58,286 nt of DNA from Chrysochromulina tobinii (Eukaryota): assembly GCA_001275005.1 (NCBI GenBank), contig JWZX01003336.1:1-58286 (forward strand), written 5' to 3'. The notes beneath the pieces were generated by a model. That model did not search any database. It saw nothing but the letters and a program-made list of their open reading frames with translations, and had not been told where the DNA came from. Position numbers and translations under genes: made by a program. This document shows, in pieces, positions 37,801 through 48,459 of this stretch (the stretch's first letter is position 1; each line of letters begins with the position of its first letter).

Positions 37801-40800
37801 GCCGCACCGATCCCTTCACCTCCCGCGCTTGGAAGGTCAGCTTGAGCCGCGGGAGAGAGACCAGGCACAGGTCGGACTGCGCGACCGATCCCGGCTTCGT
37901 TAAGTCGGTGGCGTCATCCCAGCGGGCCCACGCAAGCACCTGCGAGAGCGTCTCGAGGCGCGCCATCACGTCATCAAAGGTCATCAGAGGTCATCAGAGG
38001 CCATCAGCGTACCTGCGAGAGCGTCTCAATGCGCGCCATCACCGTCGCGAGAGAGTACAGGTACGAGTCAGCGGGCGCATGCAGCAGGTCGAGCAGCACG
38101 AGCTCCTCATCCTCGAGATCGGAAGCGGACATGGCGCGAGATCGCTCGAGATCGGGGGCGGCGGGGGCGACGCCTGACGAAACTGATGAAACTGACGGGC
38201 CTGACGAAACTGATGAAACTGACGGGCCTGACGAAACTGATGAAACCGACGGCGCGGCCGATGAAGGGGTGGCGACTGTCGCGTCCGAGGCGGGAGATGC
38301 GGGAGATGCCGCAGCCGCGGCCACCAAGCCGGCAGCTGCAGCCCGCTCCTCGTCTGCCTTTGCCATCAGCGCTGCCAGCGAGTCGAGGAGCATCGGCAGC
38401 ACCACGGCTGAGATGCGATGACGACGGCGGCGCCGCCGAAAGCCGTTCAAGTCGAGCAGCTCTAGCAGTGCTCGGAACGGCGCGAGCTCGGCGGCATTTG
38501 CGGCGATGACGGCGCTCGTCGTCGTCGACGACGACGATGAGGAGGTCGCTTGCCTGGGAGTGGCCTGATGACGAGCGCTCGTATCGCCGGCGGCGCCGCC
38601 GAGCGCCGAGCCCGATGGCGCCGTACTGGGCGTCCTGCCGGGCACCGCACCGGGGCCGTTCCCTTGAGTTGCATTCGCGGCCGCCTTGCGGAACGCGGGG
38701 TGCCCTTGGCGAGAGAGCAGCTGGCCGAGTGCCCGGCAGACCTGATGCGTGGGCTCAAACGGCCCGACGATGAGCTCCTCGTCGCGCACGAAGCGCTCGA
38801 GGGTCTTGAGAGCGCCCAGGACGACGTCCCGCTGCCTCGTGAGGCGTGCCGCCTTGAGTCGCAGGATGCATGCGCGCGCCGGAGGGAGCGCGTGGTCCCC
38901 AGGGCGCACCTGATGAGGGAGTCAATCGGGGGCAATATTTAGGGGCCATACGGGGCAAGTAGGGACACTTGGCACTCGGACGCAATCACAGGTTCGGCAT
39001 GGTCTCCGGACGCACGCGATCGAAGCGAGCGCCGTGGAAGGCGACGTGAGCGCCCGCGAAGAGCTGGATGAGGAGGATGCTCGAGCAGCTCGACACGTCC
39101 CGTGGGTAGCCGCGCACCTGTGGGGAGAGAGGGGCGGTCTCGCGCCGTGGTGAGCACTTGCATGCGGCGGGGGCCATCCCGCGGGGAGAGCCGCGCACAT
39201 GATCGTCCTCATCCTGCCAGAAGGCATGCGTGTCGAGGAGTGCCTGCGGTACGAGCCCGTAGAGGAGGCGCGAGGGGAGGTACGTCTCCCGCCCGAGCGA
39301 CAGATTGGCCTCGACCATCCAGTCTCGCGTAATCACGGCGGATTTCGTCTGGTTGTGCGAGTCGCCATAGGGATGGCCCGCGCCGTGCCGCTCCCACTCC
39401 GGCCACATGCCTTCGCGGTGCGCCGTGGACGGCTGCATGTCGCGACAGGCAGTAGCGCGCGTCGCTGCAGTACTCGAGAGAGCGGTAGAAGCGTCGGCCG
39501 TGCGTACTCAATGCGGTACTACGTGCTACCATACGCCGTGCGCGGTACACGAACAGCTCGCGCCACACGCCTGCCTGATCCGGTTGCTTGCCCACGAGGT
39601 ACGCGACCTGCGCGTCCTCATGTAACGGCTCCTCAGGGGCCATCAGGGCCATCAGGGCCATCAGGGGGGGCATCAAGCGCACTCACCTGCGCGTCCTCGG
39701 CTAACGGTTCTTCGGGCAGGTAGACCTCGAGCGGGCGCGGGAAGAGCAGGTACGTGCGCCGTACCGGCTCGAAGACGGACGGGAGCCATATCTTTTCGGA
39801 TGGGAAGAGCTCGTCGGGGTAGTACGCACGGTGGTGGTCGAGCAGCGGCAGCTTCGGATCCTTATTAGGCCAGTGCTCAATGTCGTGTGAGCGGCCGACG
39901 AGACGGTAGCACGAGCGCCAGGTACTCTGCTCCGTCAGGCACGCTTGCATGCTCACCTCTCCGAAGATGTCCACCACGTCCTTCAGCCGAGCGACATCTG
40001 TCGGTAGAGCCTGTGGGTGCGACGCACGCAGCGTGAGCTGCATCAGCTGAGCATCGACCTCGACGGCGAGCTCGGAATCTGCCATCAGAATGATCCTCTC
40101 GGGCTCCTCGGCCGGTGTCGCCGCGCTCATCGCCGGCACGATGCTCGGCACGACGCTCGACCTGCTCACTATCGGCGGCACCGGCGCGTGCTCCGCGGCG
40201 GCACTCGGCTGGCGGCTCAGAGCGGGCGCGCTCGCATCGCTTGCCTGTCGACTGAGCCCGGGCGCCGGAGTGGGCACAGCGGCCGCCGCCGCCGCCACCG
40301 CCGCCGCCGACGACAGCTGCTGCTGCGTCTTCGAACGCGACGAGTGCAGCGCAAAGCGCCCGTGATTCTGCTCGCCAGCCACGTAGGCCCACCGGTGGGG
40401 CACCTCGTCACTCGTCGGCTTGAGAGCGCCCGTCGAAGCGGACACACGAACGACCGAGTCCATGACCAGATCGAGCTGTCGCTGGTCGGCGCGCTCGCGG
40501 AGCCACGTCACCACCTTGCGCCGCAGCACGTGCACCGCCTCGTACACCTCCGTCTCGGGGATGCGCCACCCGCCGTATGACGAAACTCCGTCCTTGCGGT
40601 CGAGCAGCGCCATGTTCCACTCGTGACGGGTCGAGAGGAAGACGACTGCCGTCACCACCGTCGTGACGCGGCCCTCGGTGAGCGCCGTCGTGGGCACGTT
40701 GCGCAGCGTGAGCAGCAGGTGTGCATGGAGGCTGCACATGTGCTTCGTGTTCGTGTCGAGCACCTGCTCGTCGTCGGACGAATCGCTCGCAAGGTCGCGT

Positions 40801-43800
40801 CAATTGCAATCAGTAGCGATCCACAGCAATCAATAGCCATCCACAGCAATCAATAGCAGTTCGTCAGACAGCAGATGGAGTAAAGGACAGCAAGCAACAG
40901 CGCACCTGGTCGTCTTCGGACGAGTCGCACTCCTTCACGAGCTTATGGTACCACGCCTGGATGAGTCTCGTCATCTCTCCCCACAGGACATGGCGCAAGT
41001 GCTCCTGAGCGACGCGAAGCCGCGCCGCAACGCCCGGCGCGCAGCGCAGCCCCCGGAAAGGCTTGCCACAGATGCAGTCGTGCGTGCCCTCCTCGTACGC
41101 GAGCACAAAGGAGATGTAGTTCTCGAGGCGGCAGCACAGGCGCGCCACGTACAGGATGACGGTCGAGGTGGACGACTTGAGCGTGCCAGTGTCAAGGTCG
41201 CACGCCTGGAGCGAGGCCATTTGGGCCCATTCAGAGGCACTCAGCGGCCGTCCATCGCAATCAGTGGCCATTTGGGCCCATCGCAATCATCGTAATCAGA
41301 GGCCATTTGGGCCCATCGCAATCAACGCAATCAGTGGCCATTTGGGCCCATCGCAATCAACGCAATCAGTGGCCATTTGGGCCCATCGCAATCAACGTGT
41401 CTGACGGTGTCATATCTTCATATCTAATAGTGTCTGACGGTGGAGATCGCACCTGGCGTAGCAGCCGAAGCACCGAGTTGAGCAGCGTATCAGGCGATCG
41501 ACACAGCTCATTGAGGAGCAGATGATGCGCTGTGCCGAGCAGCTCGGGCGCCGAGGTGGGCACATCCACCGGCTCCATGGCCGCCGACGCGTGGGGCAGG
41601 TGCGCTCCGGGCTCGAAGAGGACAGCGTCGAAGAGCGCCTGGAGCTGTGGGGACTGGAGCGAATGGCACCGGTCGTCGGAGGCGAAGAAGGACGCGACGA
41701 GCGGGATGCGCAGGTAAGGGACCGTCAGGTAACTGAGCAGCAGCTCGGAGTCCTGCTGGCCAAGCGCGCGCGCGTGGGCCACGTCCAGCTCGCCAAAGTC
41801 GGGCAGCTCCCACCTGATGAGGGAGGCGACCAGAGGTCATCAGTCGCAATCATTGGCAATCAGAGGTCATCAGAGGCCACCCGAAGCAATCAGATGCCAT
41901 CAGTTGCCATCAGCGCTCATCAGCGCTCATTAGCGCTCATCAGCGCTCATCAGCGCCCTTGAGAAGAGCGAGAGGCAGGCAGCTCCACGCATGTGAAGCA
42001 CTCAGAGGTCATCAGAGGTCATCAGAGGTCATCAGAGGTCATCAGAGGGCAGCTCCCCACATGTGAAGCACGTCATCCTCGCTCTCAATGAAGTACGGGC
42101 GGGTGTACTCCGAGGGATGTGCCAGCGACGCAAACCGATGAACCGGGGGCATCTCGCCGCGCTTGACACGCGGGCGGCACGAAAGGGTCGAGTCCTGGAA
42201 CCCGGTCACGTAGAAGCGCTCCGATCCGTCATCATAGTGGAAGATGAGCTCGGCGTCTTTCTGGGTCCAAGGGTGCTTTGCGGGGAAGCGCCGGATGTCG
42301 GGGTTGAGGAAGAGCTTAAAATAGTACGCGATGTCGCGGTAGCCTGCAGCAGTTGATGAGCAGTTGATGAGCAGTTGATGAGCGAGAGGCAGTCAGACGC
42401 CATCAGACACAATCAGGCGCCATCAGGGGCGATTACATCGGAACTCGGGGTAGTTCTTGATCACGAGCTCGCGCGAGTCGGAGATGTAGCGCGGCGTGTT
42501 GTACCCGTCCGACGGGAAGGCGAGATCGGCGCAGATGAGCCCGAGCCACTTGGTCGTGCCCGACTCGAGCCGCTCGGTCTTCTCCCAATTATAGATGCGC
42601 GTGAGCGATGACTGGCAGTTGAAGTAGTCGAGCACGCATGCGCGCGCCGTATTGAGCTCGGGCGTGTGTACCGGTACGACGGCCGCCTGGAGAGCCAGCG
42701 CCGCCGCACCGAGCGTAAAGCCCTTGACGGGCCTCTCCTTGGTGCCCGTTACGGCGCCTGGCCTCGACGCGTCGGTGGCAGCGGCCGCGGTGGCAGTGGC
42801 CGCGGTGGGCGTCGCGCAGCTGCCGCCTGGCTCCTTCGCGCTGGTGGTGCTGGCGGTCGTGGGTGCGGCGGCTGTGGACGCGTTCGAGGCCATCGCCGCC
42901 GCGATAACGGCCGCGCGACTCGCCGCACGACTCGCCTTACTGCCTTTCGCATCTCTGCCGCCACCGCCGCTGCTGCCACCGCCGCTGCCGCCGCCGCCGC
43001 TGCCGCTGCCGCTGCCGCTGCCGCTGCCGCTGCCGCTGCTGCCGCCGCTGCTGCCGCCGCCGCTGCTGCTGCTTCGGCCGCTGAGGTGGATGCAAACCTC
43101 GGATGGCAGATCCACCGCAATCTGGCGCATGATGCAATCCGCGACCGCCGCGATGCATGCCGGCACGACCATCCGAACTGCATCGAGAGAGCGCGTGTGG
43201 TCGACGCCAAAGACAGATGCGGCGAAGTGCTCGACGAGCCGCTGCAGCAAGAGCATGGCGTCTAACTGCTGCGCGTAGAGCATCGGCGAGCGCCATACGC
43301 ACTCCTTCGCCGTCGGGTCGCCCTCGGGCCGCGGCAAAGGCAAGAGCACCGTCATCGTGTGCTGGATCATCGCGATCTTGAGGAAGTTCGTGTTCTTGAC
43401 GCAGTGCACCTGCACCGCGATCAGGGTGCACAGACGGTCGCAATGGCGCAGTGCGTTGACGGCCTCGTCAAGTGTGCGTACGATCGCGGGCTGCTGGAGC
43501 ATGTCGATTGGCGTGTACCGGGGCAGCCCGTGGGCGGTGCCCGCATCGACCGGCTCGCGGCGTAACAGGCGCTCGAGCAGAGGGTGGTGGTGCGCCGTCT
43601 CGGGCGGCTTGACGGACGACCACGGGAAGGAGCGCGCGTGCTTGCGCATCAGGCGCACGCCGTCCGTTGAGATGACGGAGCCATCTGAGGCGAGGAGCAC
43701 CTGTGGGGAAGCGAGGGCGCCATGGTGAGCACTCGCATGCAGGGCATGATGCAGGGCATGTCCAAGGCATGTTTCGAGGCACATGGGAGGGCGCCATGGT

Positions 43801-46800
43801 GAGCACTCGCATGCAGGGCATGATGCAGGGCATGTCCAAGGCATGTTTCGAGGCACATGGGAGGGCGCCATGGTGAGCACTCGCATGCAGGGCATGATGC
43901 AGGGCATGTCCAAGGCATGTTTCGAGGCACATGGGAGTACCAGGCACGGCATCGCGCCGACGTGGAAGACCTCGGCGAGCAGCGCAGGGTACGCTCCGCC
44001 GTGCGGCAGCGCAGGCCACGGCATCGCACGCCGGTAGACGTCAAAGTCGCTCTCGGACGCATCCTGCGAGACGAGGAGAATCTGAAGCCCCTTGCCGCGG
44101 TGACGAAGCGCATTGTAAGTGGAGGCGAGGAGCGGCGTCGTCGAGCGGCATGATGGACACCACGAAGCGGCAAAGTAAAGCCCGATCACCTGATGAGGGA
44201 GGCAATCAGAGGTCGTCAGAGGCCGTCCGAGGCAATCAGAGGTCTTCAGAGGTCATCAGCGGCCAAAGGAAAGAGCCCGATCACCTTCATCCCCTCGAGC
44301 GGTCATGAGAGGTCATCAGCGGTCATCAGAGGTCATCAGCGGTCATCAGAGGTCATCAGCGGTCATCACCTCCATCCCCTCGAGCGCCTCTTCGATCGAG
44401 ATCGAGGCGAGCTCACCACCGGCCGCGCCGTCCGCGCTCGACTGCGAGAGGGCGGCGATGCGCCGCTGGCGCTCCTGTGCCGTGATCTGGCCGCTCGCCT
44501 CGAGAGAGTATGCCTCGCGCACCGCAGCGGCAGCGCTGCCCACCGGCTGAGCCGAGGTTGACGAAACTGACGAGCCTGCCGAAACTGACGAGGCTCGCGC
44601 GCCGGCGGCCGCCGACGCGCCGCTGCCACCGGCCGGTGCGTGTGGGCTCCCTGGAGGCGCAACGTCCGCGCCGCCGCTCTCGCCGCCCGTGGTTGCACTG
44701 CTTGGTAGCAGCGGCCGCCCAGCTGCGCCCAGGAGTGCGGCTAGCGACGGGCGGCCGAGATGTGCATCGCTCTCGCAGAGGATGAGTGGAGGGGGGGCGG
44801 TCGATGAGGGCGCGGCGCCTGGCTTGGAGAGGAGAGTCGTTTGAAGCTTTTGAATGCGCTCGCGAGTGGCAGCGAGCTCTGCCACGCTGAGCGGCAGCCC
44901 CGCAGCGGCGGCGGCGGCGGCAGCAGCAGCAGCACCAGCAGCAGTAGCACCGGCAGCGGCAGGGGCGGCTCGCTCCTCGCCACCCTCGCATCCCAGCTTG
45001 GCCGCCTTGTACGCGAGCTGCCGGCACGCAATGTTCAAGATCGAGCGCTCCGCCGGCGAGACGTGTGGCACAAAGCCCAAGTCATGCTGTGCCATCTGGA
45101 GCAGCTCGGCACGCAGCAGGAGAGAGAGGCGTTTCCACTCAGGGACGCTCACGCCAAAGCCGCGTAGCAGGAAGCGCAGCGTGTGGCGCACGCAGCCGTA
45201 GTGAGCCGAGCCCGAGCGGCGCGCTGTGCGCATCTCGGGCGGCTCGTCGGCACGTGCGTTCGATCGCAAGAGGGCTTGCTCAAGAGAGTCCTGCGCCACA
45301 GACGAGAGAGCCATCAGAGGCGAGGCCGAGGCGATCAGAGGCCATGAGAGGCGATCAAGGCTCATGAGAGGCGATGAGAGGCGATCAGAGGCCATGAGAG
45401 GAGATCAAGGCTCAGGAGGGGCCATCAGGCGAGATCTCACCTCCGCCACAAACGAGAGGAGCAACTGATAGAGCACCTGGTGCGCCGAGAGCTTGCCGCC
45501 GTTGTCCACGCTGGCGGCGTACCAGAGGACGGCCCAGAAGGCTTCGTCACGGAGCCGCGCGAGGCGCACGTCGCGCAGCGTCAGGCAGGTGGCGAAGCGG
45601 ATCTTGGGCGGCGTGGCCGCGGCCTCGTGGTGCGCGAGAGCCTCTGGATCACAGGAGACCACGGTGAGCTGGCACAGCGCCTCGTGGGGGGTGCGCTGCC
45701 GCTCGACGAGCAGGATCAGAGGCCCACCTGATGAGGGAGGCAATCAGAGGTCATCAGAGGCCGTCCGAGGCAATCAGAGGTCATCAGAGGCGTCATCAGC
45801 GGCGTCATCAGCGGCAGCCCACTGGCATGCGATGAGGGGAAGCATCAGCGAGGCCATCCGAGTCATCACATGCACTCGCAGGCAATCGCAGGCGCTCAGC
45901 GGCCCACCGCCGACGGCACAGGGCAGCACGAGCATGCCGCCAGGCTCGAGGGATTCGAGAGCCTTGAGGGCCTTGGATAAGTACATGCGCTGCTGCCCCT
46001 GGTGGCCCATTGCATGCGCCAGCTTATGCGCGAGCTTCTTTGCGTCTTCGAGCAGCGTACACGTCGTGTTGAGTGCGGCGCGCTGCGCGTGCGGCAGCGA
46101 ACAGGCGGCGCCGTGCGGCTCGGCGAGCAGCCGCTGCAGCGTCAGCACGACCACCTCGAGCGAGATGTGCAGCGAGCCACCGTCGAGGCCCGTCCCAGCG
46201 ATGAACGCGTCGCCCACTTCGGCCGCGAAGGCGGGGTGCAGCCAGACGGGCGGCGGCTTGGCATAGAGCGGCTGGAGAGAGAGCTGCTGCGAGCGCGCCG
46301 CCTCGGCCTCGTCAAGGAGCTCGGCCTCCTCATCCTTTCCTCGCAGGCTGTGAAGCTCCTCGCGTACCTGTGGGGGGAGGGCGCCGTGGTGAGCACTTGC
46401 ATGCATGCAGGGCCTGATGCTTTCCTCGCAGGCGGTGAAGCTCCTCGCATACTTGCTCTTCAGTCCAGACGCTTGAGACGAGCTTCACGTACCTGTGGGG
46501 GGAGGGCGCCGTGGTGAGCACTTGCATGCAGGGCCTCCTGCAGTCCAGACGCTCGAGACGAGCTTGACGTACCGCACCGCCAGGCCGCGCTCGCTGCCGC
46601 CGTCTTCTCCGCCGCTCAGCAGCGCCGCGCTCATCAGCGAGGCGCCGTGCTGGGCGAGACCCGCCGAGACGCCGGCCGCCGCGCCGCCCGCCGTCGCCGC
46701 CGAGGAGGCGAAGGCGCTCGACACGGCGCTCGAAGATGCCCCGCCGGAGGACGCGGCGCCCAGCACGGCGCCTCCCCGCGCGGCGAAGAGCGCCACGTGC

Positions 46801-48104
46801 TGCGGATCGAGGCAGAAACGCTCCGGAGGGGGGGCGCCGTGTTGGGCGCCGTCTTTGCCGCCCTTGCCGCCGCCGCCGCCCTTGCCCTCCTTATCCACCT
46901 CCTTCTCCACCCCCTCCTCGGCCGCGCGCGCCGTGCCGGCGGGCTTGAGCTTGGACTTGTCGAGCAGCTTGGCCGACTCGAGTTTGATCTCCGCGCACAG
47001 CCGGCCGTTGACGTACGTCTTGAGCTCGCCTTTCTTGCGGGTGACTGCCACCCAGGCCCAACGCTCGGCACGGACCGTCGCGTCCTGGCTGCACGCACGA
47101 AACGCGAGCGAGCACTCAGGGCGCACTCAGGATGCACTCAGGGCGCAATCAGGACGCAATCAGGACGCACTCATGACGCACTCATGACGCAATCAGGGCG
47201 CAATCAGGGCGCAATCAGGACGCAATCATGACGCAATCATGATGCACTCATGACGCAATCAGGGCGCACTCATGACGCAATCAGGGTCATCAGCGTACCT
47301 GCCCATCTGGCCCAGCGCGCCGACGCCGCCATTCTTGTACACCTGCACCTGGTCGAGCTGCTCGCCCTGGGTCGGCGGGCCGCCGCCGTGGAAGAGCGGC
47401 AGCGTCGCCGTGGGCAGCCGGTCAAGCCGCAGCGCGAGCAGCAGCGAGTACCGATGCAGCTTGCCATCGTCTTCGAGCGTCCACGCGTTGACGTAGGGCA
47501 TGCTGAGCTTGAGGTAGCCGCCCTCGGGCATCACGAGCGCGGCGCTGCCGTCCTCCTGCTCCTCGAAGCTCGCGTCGCCGCCGATGACCTCGAGCCCCTC
47601 GGGCAGCTGGCTCTGGCTCTGGCGCAGGTCAGCAGTCACGAGGGTCAGGGTCTGGCCGCTGCCACTGCCGCCCCACTCCATATCCCTGCCGCTGCCGCCG
47701 CTTCCACGCCCGTTGCGGCCGGTCGGCTCGCCGGCGCGGCCCTTGCCGTTGCCGCAGCTGCGCTGCTGCTCTGCCTCTCGCACGTGGTCTTCGCTCGTGC
47801 CGCCGGCTCCGTTGCGGCCCGGTGAGGTGGCGGCCGCGCGCATCAGCGCCGTCGTGGTCGTGTCATCGTCGTCGTCGTCAAAGCCGAAGCCATCGGTCCA
47901 GATGGAGAGGCCACCGATCCCGCCGAGTCCGCCGAGCCGGCCCTGCCGGCGCGACATCTTAGAGTCCGCCGCGTTGTCGAAGGCCGAGCGCTCCTCCCGG
48001 TTGGTCGGTTCGAAGGGCTTCTCGTCCTTCTGCCTGCCGCGAGGCGTGTCCTCCAGCTCGTCCTCGTCGTCGTCGAAGTCGCCTCCGTGTTTGCGTCCCG
48101 GCAT
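19698..48104 (-). CDS. Giant multi-exon protein (roughly 7,000 aa, estimated): LamG-like, nucleoredoxin-type thioredoxin, U-box/RING-like, DUF3638/DUF3645 P-loop region, inactive Trx-like, dynein-stalk-like helices, EF-hands, LamG-like, ankyrins, acidic tail
   Basis: ATG at 48104 and TGA at 19698. The many junctions checked by eye join in frame. Motifs: YFAASWCPSC (~44150), CPISL...CPFTRQ (~34500-34650), QMLMGGGKTT, IMDEVD, LAIPFVGKDVPSRASEFAHPDI, GFSGT, FYDQIHTTGMD, QGAFRMRG, EQEQEQEIE, DYDRNGLLSLAE, GETLLHCAA. Not every junction was verified, so this could be more than one gene. Confidence 0.7.
20285..20571 (-). mobile_element. Three stacked introner-like units (20513-20571, 20356-20512, 20285-20355)
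   Basis: Internal CAG|GY junctions. The last unit carries the family-B cassette and an ~22-nt copy of the downstream exon start. Removing all three gives LLDAG|ARPNALS. Confidence 0.7.
26380..26592 (-). repeat. Coding GAG/GAC triplet tract (poly-E/D)
   Basis: (tcc/tcg)n on the + strand inside a giant-gene exon. Confidence 0.9.
27345..27446 (-). mobile_element. Family-A introner-like intron with exact 20-nt exon duplication
   Basis: Both the intron and the next exon begin GTACGGCGCGAGCAGGCCGT; the intron ends CCTCCCTCATCAG. Confidence 0.8.
31267..33455 (-). CDS. Largest exon of the giant gene: DUF3638 (Walker A/B) + DUF3645
   Basis: DPRFLLFEFTHNLVLR.AQ, MGGGKT, DEVD, A.PF.GKD.PS..SEF.HPD..I.LT.LAY. 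Bounded by AG at 33456 and GT at 31266. Confidence 0.85.
37940..38012 (-). mobile_element. Mirror-type intron whose 3' end duplicates 30 nt of the upstream exon
   Basis: GTGATGGCGCGC(ATT/CTC)GAGACGCTCTCGCAG ends both exon and intron; body of CTGATGACCT repeats. Confidence 0.78.
43701..43940 (-). repeat. Intron containing 3 x 74-nt tandem repeat of a family-B cassette variant
   Basis: Units start at 43713, 43787 and 43861; the intron interrupts the thioredoxin domain (MPCL|VLLASDG). Confidence 0.85.
46368..46572 (-). mobile_element. Two family-B introns (46493-46572, 46368-46452) flanking a 40-nt exon
   Basis: Each intron is an ~32-nt copy of the downstream exon start followed by an identical TGCATGCAAGTGCTCACCACGGCGCCCTCCCCCCACAG. 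Confidence 0.82.
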
Positions 48105-48459
48105 CTTCGCCGCGCGGGAGTGCTCGAGAACCGCGGTTCACACCTCCTAACACCCCCAAAAAGTGAGGGATAGGAGGACTTTCTTGTAGGGGTGACACAT
48201 GATGAGGTGATTGACGATTTGGGGAGCAGGAGTCACGGCCGCCGGCTACATGCGTGTTTTCATACATGTACCAAAAGCACACCGCACACAAAGTCGCTGC
48301 TCGGTCGCTCGCACCGTCGCGCCGAAAGGGTTACTGTATCCACGTGTTGGACGGGAAAAGTGTGGTTGACTGATTGTCCTGATTGCCAGATCGCCCTCCT
48401 GATTGGAGAGCGAGGAGAACTGCGAGGAGGTCGGACGCACGCACACGTGGAGTCCATCT

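Noticed and set aside
20285..47298. CRISPR-like array (recurring conserved motifs separated by unique sequence)
   Set aside because: Spacing is irregular (tens to thousands of nt), the 'spacers' are in-frame exons, the motifs end in splice acceptors, and no cas genes are present.
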